Below the pieces are notes generated by a model, which made no database searches, had not been told where the DNA came from, and saw nothing but the letters and a program-made list of their open reading frames with translations. From NCBI GenBank assembly GCA_963823555.1, contig CAWGMA010000002.1:128001-192000 (forward strand): a stretch of DNA of 64,000 nt. Reading direction: 5' to 3'. Below, piece by piece: positions 45,417-54,747 of this stretch (position 1 is the first letter of the stretch; each line of letters opens with the position of its first letter). Both the position numbers and the translations under genes were made by a program. The stretch is from Candidatus Eiseniibacteriota bacterium (GTDB taxonomy: Bacteria > Eisenbacteria > RBG-16-71-46 > CAVPCR01).

Positions 45417-46076
45417 CTACGGGCGCGGCAGGTCCTTCCACTCACCAATCCAGTACCGGCCGTAGCTGGCGATGGAATCCGGATTGGAAGGGGCATAGAT
45501 CGGCTGGTCGAGGTCGGGGGCGAACAGGAACTCGGCCTGGCCGCCGTTCACCTCGAGGCCATCATTCGGGTTGAACATGAGCCGGAGATAGACGTTGGAG
45601 GCGAAGATCTCCTGCCACTCTTCACGGCCCGCCGGTGCCGGATCCAGGGGAGTTGCCGGTCCCCGGGTGATGGCGAGCTGCAGGGAGTAGATGTCGCCGT
45701 TCTCCTGGGCGTTGAAGAGGCCCTCGTGGGCCGCGACTTCGGAATCGAGCCCCCAGCTCTCGGGAAGCCCGTTCTGGATGTCAGCCGGCTGGAAGCGGAA
45801 GATGAAGCCAATAACGGGTGGGTCCACATCGGGATCGCCGGGGAAGAAGAGCTTCTCGTACTCGTTCCGGCGCTCGATCGCCGAGTGCTCCTTGTCGTTG
45901 TAGATGGTCTGCAAGTTGATGAGAAGGCTGTCCGGAGGGGCGTACTTGAAGTTGAAGGGATCCACCGGCGGCGGCGGATCGTCGTCTTCATCCGGGCTGA
46001 AGATGCAGCCGGCACCGGTCAAGGTCAGGGCAACGGCAAGAACTGCCACGAATGGCAGGAAACGGGGGAACGGCAT
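45417..46076 (-). CDS. Hypothetical lipoprotein
   Basis: RBS GAGGAGG, ATG 46076, hydrophobic stretch, lipobox-like GAGC then IFSP. Confidence 0.75.
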   Translation of the reverse strand: MPFPRFLPFVAVLAVALTLTGAGCIFSPDEDDDPPPPVDPFNFKYAPPDSLLINLQTIYNDKEHSAIERRNEYEKLFFPGDPDVDPPVIGFIFRFQPADIQNGLPESWGLDSEVAAHEGLFNAQENGDIYSLQLAITRGPATPLDPAPAGREEWQEIFASNVYLRLMFNPNDGLEVNGGQAEFLFAPDLDQPIYAPSNPDSIASYGRYWIGEWKDLPRP

Positions 46077-46326
46077 GTAGCGGATACCTCCTCTCGTCCC
46101 GTCTGGTGGGTCGAGCGGGAATGGCTGGTCTCTGGGCGAGAGATTGGTCAGCGAAAAGTGTACCAACTTTGGCTGGGTCCCGGCAAGCTGAGCACCCTCT
46201 CCTACACCGGCGACCGGGTTGGGGTTCGGAATCGGCTTCCCGGCTCCATTCAGATCGAAAGGGTCAAATCCCCCGCAATTCAAGTCTTGATAAGTGCTTG
46301 CCCCCGCATAGCGGTGCCGGATGGTC

Positions 46327-46911
46327 CTACCGGTTCTCGCCCTTGACGAGGCTCCAGGAACTCAACTGCGAGCCGGACTGGCGGCGGTCGATCCAGGTGA
46401 AGATGCGCCAGGAGCCGGCCTCATCCCGCATCTGGAGCTCGGCCAGCCCTTGATAGGTGCTGGACCCGATCGTGAGATCGTAGTTCTCGCGCAGGGTGAC
46501 GACTCCAATATCCTCAACGATCGAATCCTGGCTCGCGAACACCGTCCCGCGCTGGCTCGACAGCGACAGGACCAGCTGCATCACATCCCTCTCCACATCG
46601 TAGGTCCAGTCATCGAAGACGCCGGGATTGGTCGCGGCGAGGGTGATCGAGTCGCGTTCGTCCGGATGGAACACGAAGTCCGGGGTGAAGGCGTTCATGT
46701 AGGCGGTGATGACCCCATCGGCGACTCCGATCTGGATCTGCAGGAGCGCCGAATCGGGATCGCTGAGCGTGACGAGTCGGCCCTCGCTACCCCCACCTGG
46801 CTGTTCCGGAGCCCGCGGGCTCAGATCGCAGGACATGAGGGAAGCGATGAGCGAGGCACCGACCGCGGCGACCACGAGCCCAATTCCGCACCGTTCTCCG
46901 TTCCGGATCAT
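46327..46911 (-). CDS. Hypothetical lipoprotein, likely paralog of 45417-46076
   Basis: LMSC then DLSPRAPEQP; shares PDS.L, F.F, W..D.E, G.AE and terminal W.D motifs. Confidence 0.75.
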   Translation of the reverse strand: MIRNGERCGIGLVVAAVGASLIASLMSCDLSPRAPEQPGGGSEGRLVTLSDPDSALLQIQIGVADGVITAYMNAFTPDFVFHPDERDSITLAATNPGVFDDWTYDVERDVMQLVLSLSSQRGTVFASQDSIVEDIGVVTLRENYDLTIGSSTYQGLAELQMRDEAGSWRIFTWIDRRQSGSQLSSWSLVKGENR

Positions 46912-46938
46912 TTCCAGGTATCCCCTCGTTCTCGGTTC

Positions 46939-48930
46939 CTAGAACACGTACCCGAAGCTCGCGCTTCCCACCCAGTAGTTGTTTCGCGTGTTGCGATCGT
47001 TCCAGCTCTGATAGCGACGCAGATTGGCGCCCACGGTTGGCCCGATCCGGAGCTTGTGATTCACCTGGACGGTGAGCTCCAGCTCGTTGAACCGGTTCTG
47101 CGTGGCCACCTCGAAGATGTTCTCCCCGCGCACCTGGTAGGTGATGGCGTCGGTGATTCTCCGGTTGTGGCGGAATCCGAGCTGAATCCCCTGCACCACG
47201 CTGTAGTCGGCGCGGAAGGTGAGGTCGCGGGACTGGTCCTCGCGTGATCGCGAAAACCGCCGGACCCCGTCGGCGCCCGGGCGGTAGGAGCCGTCCTGCA
47301 GGAAGCGCAGGCTGTGTCGCAGGTTGATTCCGAGCCGCGGCAGTACCCGGGCGTCGATCGTGGAGCGGAGCTCCGTGGTACGCGACAGCCGGCTCTGCGA
47401 CTCGTTGAAATCGAAGTAGGTGGCATTGGCGATCGCCGATGCCTCCTCGCGGAAGGTGATGCGAGGATTGATCCGGTACTCGAAGGTCGGCGTGACAGCC
47501 CATACTTGCTGCGTCTGATTGGTGCCCGATTTCGACGCGTCGATGAAGATGGTCTGGTTGTGCTGCACGCTGAAGCGGACATTGGTCGCGATCTTCGGGA
47601 TCGGATAGTAATTGAGACGGGCGGCGAAGTCGCCATGGACGACATCGCGATCGTCCGTGTTCCTGGTCAGATCATCGAAGAGGAAGCTCTGCAGGGAGTA
47701 GCTGCCGGCGACGTCGACCGCGGCCCGCTGCCCGAACGGGCGGCGCGCACTGCCGCCGAGCGCGCTGTTCACGATGTCCCCGTTCAGGAACACGCGGTCT
47801 GCGGCGTCGTAGAGGCTCCGGGCCCGGGACCAGTCGCCGCGGAAGTCGACCCGGGTCGAGTCGGAGAACAGGTAGGCGAGGGTGCCCTTGAGGGCGCGAT
47901 CGATGGACTGCTGGCTGCGCTCGGCGTCGACGACGCGGTTGACGTCGTTGTTGCGATAGGAGACCGAGCCCGAGAGGTCGAGGCGGGGGATGGGCGTCAT
48001 GGCTGTGGCCAGGCTGACATCGCGGTTCAGGTTGTCGTTCGTCTCCTGGGATGCCACGCCGTTCTCGAGAATGGGGTACTGGTTGCGGCTGAACCGATTC
48101 CCGAGCGTGAGCTTCCAGGGCTGGAACCCCGGCACCTTGAAGCTGGATGTGAGCGAGACATCGGCGTTCAGGTTGTGGTCGTCGGTGGTTGTGTTCGTGA
48201 ACTTCTCGGTGGATTTGAGCCGCGAGTTGCGTACCGACGTGTTGAGGGCCCAGTCGGCATAGCGCGTCACCGTGAAGTTGGCGGAAGCATCGGCATGAGG
48301 GCCGAAGCTCTCCCGGCTCGAGGTGAGGGGGTCGACGCGCTCGTCGTGCGTGGTGCCCCCGCCGAAGCGGAACGTGGCCGCGACGCCGCCGCGGAGCGGC
48401 CGGGAATACTGCCCGCCGAACGTCAGGTTCTCCGAGTTCTGCTGGGTATCGGTGCGCCCGGCGTCCACCGTCGAGTTGCGGATGATGCCGACGAGGCCGT
48501 TCAGCTTGACCCCGTTCGGAAACTGGTAGGCGAGATTGAAGGTGTTCGAGTTGTTGCGCCGGTCGCGATCGAGCGTCTGGTCGGTGCCGATGGTGACGGT
48601 GGTGGTGTTGCTCAAGTCCAACCCGCCGGCCCACGTGCCGAATGCAAGGGTCTGCGACCAGTTCCGGGTGTCGCGGTTGATGTCGTACTTGGTCTGGTAG
48701 TTGGGCGCGAAGCGCTGACCGCTCCGCCGCGCCTCGCCGACCCGCGCCGTGTCGGGGATGACACCGAGCAACGAGTCCGCGAGCGCCGAATCCGGGGTGG
48801 CGCCCCCTTCTCCGCCGACGGCGTCGGATTCGTCCCCCTCGTCCGCGAAGACGGCCGGGGGTGGCGTGGGCGACGCGATGGCGAGTGCGAGCGCCAGCGA
48901 GACCAGGATGGCAGGAAGCCAGCGCCTCAT
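46939..48930 (-). CDS. Large outer-membrane beta-barrel-like protein
   Basis: Signal peptide, extensive alternating hydrophobic/polar strands, C-terminal ASFGYVF. Confidence 0.75.
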   Translation of the reverse strand: MRRWLPAILVSLALALAIASPTPPPAVFADEGDESDAVGGEGGATPDSALADSLLGVIPDTARVGEARRSGQRFAPNYQTKYDINRDTRNWSQTLAFGTWAGGLDLSNTTTVTIGTDQTLDRDRRNNSNTFNLAYQFPNGVKLNGLVGIIRNSTVDAGRTDTQQNSENLTFGGQYSRPLRGGVAATFRFGGGTTHDERVDPLTSSRESFGPHADASANFTVTRYADWALNTSVRNSRLKSTEKFTNTTTDDHNLNADVSLTSSFKVPGFQPWKLTLGNRFSRNQYPILENGVASQETNDNLNRDVSLATAMTPIPRLDLSGSVSYRNNDVNRVVDAERSQQSIDRALKGTLAYLFSDSTRVDFRGDWSRARSLYDAADRVFLNGDIVNSALGGSARRPFGQRAAVDVAGSYSLQSFLFDDLTRNTDDRDVVHGDFAARLNYYPIPKIATNVRFSVQHNQTIFIDASKSGTNQTQQVWAVTPTFEYRINPRITFREEASAIANATYFDFNESQSRLSRTTELRSTIDARVLPRLGINLRHSLRFLQDGSYRPGADGVRRFSRSREDQSRDLTFRADYSVVQGIQLGFRHNRRITDAITYQVRGENIFEVATQNRFNELELTVQVNHKLRIGPTVGANLRRYQSWNDRNTRNNYWVGSASFGYVF

Positions 48931-49841
48931 GATGGCGCCCCGCCATCGATCGCGGCCGTTTCCTGATCCCCGAGATCCGGGGCCAGGGCCTGGGCGAGGC
49001 GGACGAAGTCATCCGGGGCCAGGGTCTCGGCGCGCCGCTTGGGATCGATATCGAGATCTCCGAGCACCTGGAGCAGACGCGGGTGCGGGATCCCGAGCTC
49101 GGCGGCCAGGGAGCGGGCGAGGGTCTTTCGGCGCTGCGCGAAGCTGGCGCGTACCACCCTTTCCAGACGGGCGCGGTCGCCGAGCGCGCGCGGCGGATGC
49201 GGCGTGAGGGCGATCACCGCGGAATCGATGTCCGGCGCCGGCCAGAAGGCCTGGCGCGGCACGCGCAGCCTGAGCCGCAAAGCGAAATCGAGGGCCAGGG
49301 CCACCGTGAGCGAGCCGTAGGCTCGAGAGCCGGGATCGGCCAGGAGGCGCGTGGCCACCTCGTCCTGCACCATCACCACGGCGCGCTCGAGGCGCGACGC
49401 CTCGCGCTTGAGCGCGAGCAGGATCTCCGAGGTGAGGTAGTAGGGGAGATTGCCCACGACGCGGAGCCCGGTTGCGGCCACGCGGTCGAAGCGAAAGGTC
49501 CGAACGTCGGCCTCCGCGACCGTGAAGTGGGGCCACGGGGCAAGGGCCGTGGCCAGCCACTCGGCGAGCCGCGGGTCCACCTCCACCGCCATGCCGCGAT
49601 GTCCCGCGGCGGCCAGGAGGAAGGTGAGCGCCCCGAGCCCGGCGCCGATCTCGAGGACTGGCCGCGCCGGATCGGGCGGGCCCAGCTCCGTGACGATCTT
49701 CCGCGCCAGGTTCAGGTCGGCGAGGAAGTGCTGTCCCAGTCGCTTGGCGGGTCGGATCGCCGCCGCCCGATAGCGCTCGCGGAGCGCGCGCGCGGCGGCT
49801 TCGGCATCCCCGGGGACGATGGGGTCGAGGGCCGCGCTCAT
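48927..49841 (-). CDS. rsmA: 16S rRNA m6,2A dimethyltransferase
   Basis: KRLGQHFL, LEIGAGLG, GNLPY, MVQ.EVA, F.QRRKTL, RAETL. Confidence 0.95.
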   Translation of the reverse strand: MSAALDPIVPGDAEAAARALRERYRAAAIRPAKRLGQHFLADLNLARKIVTELGPPDPARPVLEIGAGLGALTFLLAAAGHRGMAVEVDPRLAEWLATALAPWPHFTVAEADVRTFRFDRVAATGLRVVGNLPYYLTSEILLALKREASRLERAVVMVQDEVATRLLADPGSRAYGSLTVALALDFALRLRLRVPRQAFWPAPDIDSAVIALTPHPPRALGDRARLERVVRASFAQRRKTLARSLAAELGIPHPRLLQVLGDLDIDPKRRAETLAPDDFVRLAQALAPDLGDQETAAIDGGAPS

Positions 49842-50647
49842 GAGCCTGCCCGCTTCGCTGGCGTGTTCACGGGAGCCGGCAGGCGGAAGAGCCGGCGCGC
49901 GTTCTCGGTCGTCGTCGCCTCCACTCCTGCCGCGGTTTCCGCCCGGAGATCGGCCACGAGCTCTCGCACGATCACGAGGTGAGCCGGCTCGTTGCGCTCG
50001 CGGCGGTGAGGTGCCGGCGCCAGGTAGGGGGCATCCGTCTCGAGGAGGAGCTGCCACGCCGGAGCTCGGCTCACGACCTGGGCGAGCTCATGGTCGTCGT
50101 ACGTGAGCGTGCCGCCGACACCCAGGTGAAGGCCCAGATCCGCGGCCCGCTCCGCGGCGCGGTGACCGCCCGAGAAGCAGTGCAGGACGCCGCCTGAGTG
50201 GTCACGCCCGGCGAGCTCCTCCTCGAGGATATCGAGCACCCGATCGCTGGCCTCGCGCGAATGCACGACGAGCGGCAACTCGAGCTCGCAGGCGAGACCG
50301 ATGTGAGCCCGGAACAGATCCTCTTGCTCCACACGCGGCGAGAGGTTGCGGTAGAAGTCGAGACCGGTCTCGCCGATCGCCACGAGCGGGGCGCCATCGT
50401 GCGCGAGATCGCGGATCGCGTCGATCGCGCCGGGAGGCGCCTTGGTCACGTAGTGCGGGTGGATACCGGCCGTGGGGAACAGCACGCCGGGATGCTCGGC
50501 GGCGAGCGCGACCGCCTTCTGACTCGACGCCAGATCCCATCCCACCTCGACCGCAGCGGTCACCCCCGCCGACCGGGCGCGCACGAGTACGGCGCCTCGA
50601 TCGGCGGCAAACCGCTGGTGCGAGAGGTGGAGATGCGTGTCGATCAT
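49838..50647 (-). CDS. tatD: TatD family hydrolase
   Basis: DTHLH, GIHPH, IGETGLD, HSR, HCFSG, ETDAPYL, RNEP. Confidence 0.95.
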   Translation of the reverse strand: MIDTHLHLSHQRFAADRGAVLVRARSAGVTAAVEVGWDLASSQKAVALAAEHPGVLFPTAGIHPHYVTKAPPGAIDAIRDLAHDGAPLVAIGETGLDFYRNLSPRVEQEDLFRAHIGLACELELPLVVHSREASDRVLDILEEELAGRDHSGGVLHCFSGGHRAAERAADLGLHLGVGGTLTYDDHELAQVVSRAPAWQLLLETDAPYLAPAPHRRERNEPAHLVIVRELVADLRAETAAGVEATTTENARRLFRLPAPVNTPAKRAGS

Positions 50648-51096
50648 GCGGCAACTCGACGCTGTGAGTTCTGCGCGAGCGGTGAGCCCAAGGCCGACAC
50701 ATGCATGGATGATCTGATCACGACTCGTGCGTTTCGAGGTGGGCTCGACCAGTGTGGGATCGGGGTGGGCCGCCCCGGTCCAGGCGCGAGATGTTCTGCG
50801 GCCAGGTCGGCACTCGCCGCCGAAGCCGCTGTCTTCTTCGCGTGGACTCTGCGATCGACGGTTATCTTAGCAACAGGCCCCGCGAGCTCGCAACGCGCAG
50901 GCCCCGCTCCCGGCCACGGATCGGCGGGTTCCCAGCCTGGACGCTGCCCGGGGCCCCATGCTAATTTACGCCACGTGGCGCTCCGCCCGCATCCGCTGCC
51001 CGCCGGGGCCAGAGCGGCCCGGCCGATCCCTCACCTCCTTGGAATCTCCGGGTTCCCTCACCAGGGATCCGCCTCGAGCGACTTGAGGACGAACGA

Positions 51097-53298
51097 GTGA
51101 AGCACCATTCCTCTCTGCTCCGGCACCGGCCTGCCCGCCGGATCTTGCCTGCGCCCCGAATCGCCTGTGCCGTGGTGGCGTTCCTGGCTCTACCGGCTCT
51201 CTTCGGCGCGGGGCCGGGGCGCGCCGTCGAGCCCGGTCCGCGCACCATTCTCGAGCTCAGCGGCGATCCGGTCGAGCTGGCCGCGGCGCTCGAGGCGGCA
51301 GCAGCGCTCGGCATCAGCGTCCGTCTCGGGGGCCGCGGGTTCGCCCTGGTGGAGGTCGGGGCGGCGGACCTCGCCCGCGTCGAGGCCGCGTTTCCCGGAA
51401 GCCGGCGCCTCCATACGGCCATGCCTCCGTTCGAGCTCGTCCAGGTGCGCGAGAGCGAGCTCGATCCTCGCGGCCGCGAACTCGCCGCGCCGCGGACCAT
51501 CTACCGGAGCGAGAGCGAGGACCTGCGCGTGCTCGCGCTGGGTGAGGGCGATCGGGATGCGCTCGCGCGGGCGACCGGAACCGACCTCGACCACCCCCAC
51601 ATCGAGCTCGGCGCCGCCCATCTGGTCCCGCTTCCTGCTTCGTTGCCGCCCCAGGCGCTCGCACCGCTCGCGGTCGCCGACCGCGAGAACCCTTATCGCC
51701 GGAGTCGCCTCGCCGATCCCACGGCCCGGGCGCGCGCCCTCGCCCTCGCCGGGGACGTGAGTGCGGAGCGCATCGAGCAAATCGTGCGCGATCTCTCCAC
51801 CGGACCGGGCGCCACGCGCTACTCGAGCCGCACCGAGGGCAACCTCTACGCCCGCGACCTCCTGGCGGACACGCTGCGTGCCATCTTCTCGGCGCCGGGC
51901 GATACCGTCTTCACACATCCCTTCACGGCCACGGTCGATGGCGAGGAGATGACCCTCTACAACGTGGTCGCCCGCCATCCGGGCGAGCGCGCGGGCAGCG
52001 GTCGCTACGTGATCGGCGGTCACTATGACTCGACGGCGCGCCGCACCCCGGGCTGGAACGCCGCCAGCGATCCCGCCCCCGGCGCCGATGACAACGCCTC
52101 CGGCACGGCCAGCGCGATCGAAGCCGGACGCGTGCTCGCGCAGGCCCGCTATGACTTCGACCTCGAGGTCGTTCTCTTCGGCGGCGAGGAGCAGGTGCTG
52201 CTCGGTAGCCTGGCCTACACCGCCGACTCGACGCTCGCCGCGCTCGACGAGGTGCTCGGTGTCTTCGTTCTCGACATGGTGGGGTTCAATCCCCGCGCGG
52301 CCGATTCGATGAACGTTCTCACCAACCTGACATCCGAGTGGCTCGCTGATCTCGTGGACGAGGCCGAGGCAACGCTCGATGGGGATCACGGCCTGGATGA
52401 GCTCGACAAGGTGGTCCAGCCCACACTCAACTACTCCGATCACGCCCCGTTCTGGAACAAGGGCAAGAGCGCGGTGCTGTTCATCGAGAACATCGACATC
52501 GTCGCTCACAATCCGAACTACCATCGCGTCACCGACACCGTGGACGAGCTTCTGCTCGTCGACGGCTTCGATCTCATGCGCCGCACGACCGAGACCGTGG
52601 TGGCCACCATCGGCCAGTTCGCGAACGGGCTCACGCCGGCCGAGCCGTTCTTCTTGCCCGAGAAGGGCGTTCTCGTCTTCGACGCCGACGGCGACCTGAC
52701 GGTCCAGGGCGTGGTCGGGGAGCGGCTCGATGCTCGGGTGCGCGTTCTCAACTCCGGCACCAGCCAGGGCACGGTGGGGGCGAGCGCCATCCTGCGCCTC
52801 GGTGGACAGGGGGTCGCGGGCCGCGCCGACACCGTTCTCACCGGTTGGAGCCGCGGGGCCTCGCGGGAGATCGTCGTGCCCTGGACCGTGACCCAGAACC
52901 AGGTCGGGCCAGCGTCCGTGGAGGTCGAGGTCCGGCTCGAGGACGAGTTCGGGGCGATGACCGTTCTCAGCGGCGAGACCTCCCTCGAGATCGCTGATCT
53001 CGTCCTGCGCGAGGTCTATGTCAGGCCCAATCCGATCCGAGGGGCCCTGGCCGACGGGGAGGTCCGGCTCCGGCTGACCGGGGAGACGGACCTCCGCCTG
53101 CGGGTCTTCGATGCGAGCGGCGCCCAGGTGGGCGACTACTCCGGCCTGGTCCGGCCGGGGCAGGGGGTCTTCCTCGACCAGGTTACGGGTGGGGCCGACC
53201 TGCCGAGCGGGGTCTACCTGCTCCACCTCGAGGCCAGGGTGCCGGGGGGTGGGGATATCGTGGCCCAGGAGCTTCTCAAGTTCGCCTATGCCCGCTAG
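51097..53298 (+). CDS. Secreted M28 metallopeptidase with Ig-like and C-terminal T9SS-like domain
   Basis: GGHYDS, PGADDNASG, GEEQ, LDMVG, SDHAPF, YH; tail YVRPNP...VFDASG...LPSGVY. Confidence 0.9.
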   Translation: MKHHSSLLRHRPARRILPAPRIACAVVAFLALPALFGAGPGRAVEPGPRTILELSGDPVELAAALEAAAALGISVRLGGRGFALVEVGAADLARVEAAFPGSRRLHTAMPPFELVQVRESELDPRGRELAAPRTIYRSESEDLRVLALGEGDRDALARATGTDLDHPHIELGAAHLVPLPASLPPQALAPLAVADRENPYRRSRLADPTARARALALAGDVSAERIEQIVRDLSTGPGATRYSSRTEGNLYARDLLADTLRAIFSAPGDTVFTHPFTATVDGEEMTLYNVVARHPGERAGSGRYVIGGHYDSTARRTPGWNAASDPAPGADDNASGTASAIEAGRVLAQARYDFDLEVVLFGGEEQVLLGSLAYTADSTLAALDEVLGVFVLDMVGFNPRAADSMNVLTNLTSEWLADLVDEAEATLDGDHGLDELDKVVQPTLNYSDHAPFWNKGKSAVLFIENIDIVAHNPNYHRVTDTVDELLLVDGFDLMRRTTETVVATIGQFANGLTPAEPFFLPEKGVLVFDADGDLTVQGVVGERLDARVRVLNSGTSQGTVGASAILRLGGQGVAGRADTVLTGWSRGASREIVVPWTVTQNQVGPASVEVEVRLEDEFGAMTVLSGETSLEIADLVLREVYVRPNPIRGALADGEVRLRLTGETDLRLRVFDASGAQVGDYSGLVRPGQGVFLDQVTGGADLPSGVYLLHLEARVPGGGDIVAQELLKFAYAR

Positions 53299-53335
53299 CC
53301 GGGCCACGCTTCCGGGTCGCCCGGCGCCATCGGCC

Positions 53336-53365
53336 TTGACTAGGGCCGGGCTCGGCGGCTAGCCT
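53336..53365 (+). promoter_or_regulatory. Putative sigma70 promoter
   Basis: TTGACT-18nt-TAGCCT. Confidence 0.5.
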
Positions 53366-53430
53366 CTTTGTTTCGCGACCGATGCGGCTGGCTGCCGGCC
53401 GCGTCGGGGCGTGTAGCGGGAAGGAAGTCC

Positions 53431-54672
53431 GTGGCAAACGCCAAAGGTCGAGCCAGGACGCGTCCTCGCCTCAGGCCCTCGCCTGCACAGATCGCGGCGC
53501 TTCTGGGCGCCGCGACGCTCGTTCTCCTCCTTGTATTGAAACTCGTCGGCACGCTCGAAGACGGCGCCGGCCAGGGGCTCGTCGCTTCGCAGGCGGCCGG
53601 CGCCAGGCGCTGGCTCGGAAGCTTGATCGGCCGGAACGATGGAGGGGCCGAGGAGCCGTCTGCCGTGACGGCGCTCGCGAAGGCGCTCAAGCCTTTCGGC
53701 ATCGTCGCTTCAGATATCCGGAGACAGGCTCTGCCCGAGGTGCGCACGGGGCGCTTCCGGGCCGAGAGATGGGATGTGCCGGTTCCACCACGGGTCTCAC
53801 TCATCAAGGTGAACCTGGCGGTGACAAGAGCCGCCGCCTCCGCCGCGCTCGAGGTCCTCGATGCGCGTGAGGAGGCGGGGGCCCAGGGACCGATGCTCGT
53901 CATGGCTCTGGGCGCGGGCGGTGCTGAGCGCTATCGCCTGGCCTTCTCGCACACCGAGAGAGAGGCGGGTCGGGGAGCGGTGGCGGTGATCATCAACGGT
54001 ATCGGCGCCGAATGGGACGCGACATCCGAGGCCTTGCTCGCCTTTCCGGCACCCTTGACCTGGGCCGTGTTGCCGGGGCATCGCAGCTCGCGAGATATCG
54101 CGAGCGCGGCGCGAGCGCGAGGAATCGAGGTGCTGTTGTCGATGCCCATGGAGCCCAAGGGGTATCCGGTCTCGGACCCGGGTGAGGGCGCGATCCTCAT
54201 GGATCTGGGGCCGGCCGAGGTTCGGGCGCGGATGCGCCGCGCACTCGAGTCGGTGGGTGAGGTCAGCGGCATCGTGACCTACATGGGTTCCATGGCGACC
54301 ACCGATGGGGAGCTGATGGAGATCGTTCTCGACGAGACGAATCGCCAGGGACTCTTCTTCGTCGATAGTCGCGCTGTCGATCGCTCGGTCGTGTCGGAGG
54401 TGGCCCGGCGCCTGCGGGCGCCTTGCGTGGCGAGTTCGCTCTTCATCGATGAAGAAGGAGATTCAGAGGACGTGATCGCGAAGCGCATCGTGCGGCTCAT
54501 GGATGTCGCCGAGCGCGCCGGGCGAGCGGTGGCGATCGGCCACAGCACGCCGGAGATGCTCTCGGCGCTCGAGGCGGCGTTGCCCGAGTTCGCGGCGCGA
54601 GGACTCGATCTCGTCCCGGTATCCATGCTGGTTCCGGCGCGCACGGCGGCGCCGGTGGCCGGCGCCCTGTGA
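53431..54672 (+). CDS. Membrane-anchored divergent polysaccharide deacetylase (YibQ-like), metal/catalytic motifs altered
   Basis: N-terminal TM; PLTWAVLP, G.EVLL..PMEP, MGS, FFVDS, LFID, AIGH. Confidence 0.8.
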   Translation: MANAKGRARTRPRLRPSPAQIAALLGAATLVLLLVLKLVGTLEDGAGQGLVASQAAGARRWLGSLIGRNDGGAEEPSAVTALAKALKPFGIVASDIRRQALPEVRTGRFRAERWDVPVPPRVSLIKVNLAVTRAAASAALEVLDAREEAGAQGPMLVMALGAGGAERYRLAFSHTEREAGRGAVAVIINGIGAEWDATSEALLAFPAPLTWAVLPGHRSSRDIASAARARGIEVLLSMPMEPKGYPVSDPGEGAILMDLGPAEVRARMRRALESVGEVSGIVTYMGSMATTDGELMEIVLDETNRQGLFFVDSRAVDRSVVSEVARRLRAPCVASSLFIDEEGDSEDVIAKRIVRLMDVAERAGRAVAIGHSTPEMLSALEAALPEFAARGLDLVPVSMLVPARTAAPVAGAL

Positions 54673-54747
54673 GGGTGGTCGTGGGGGACGACTCGCGAGC
54701 ATCGAAGGTAGATTTCAGGGATTACTCCTCGAGGTCCAGGATCGAAA

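Noticed and set aside
50648..51096. ncRNA or small ORF in the 450-bp divergent intergenic region
   Set aside because: No recognisable SRP, 6S, tmRNA or RNase P motif, and no ORF with a convincing RBS
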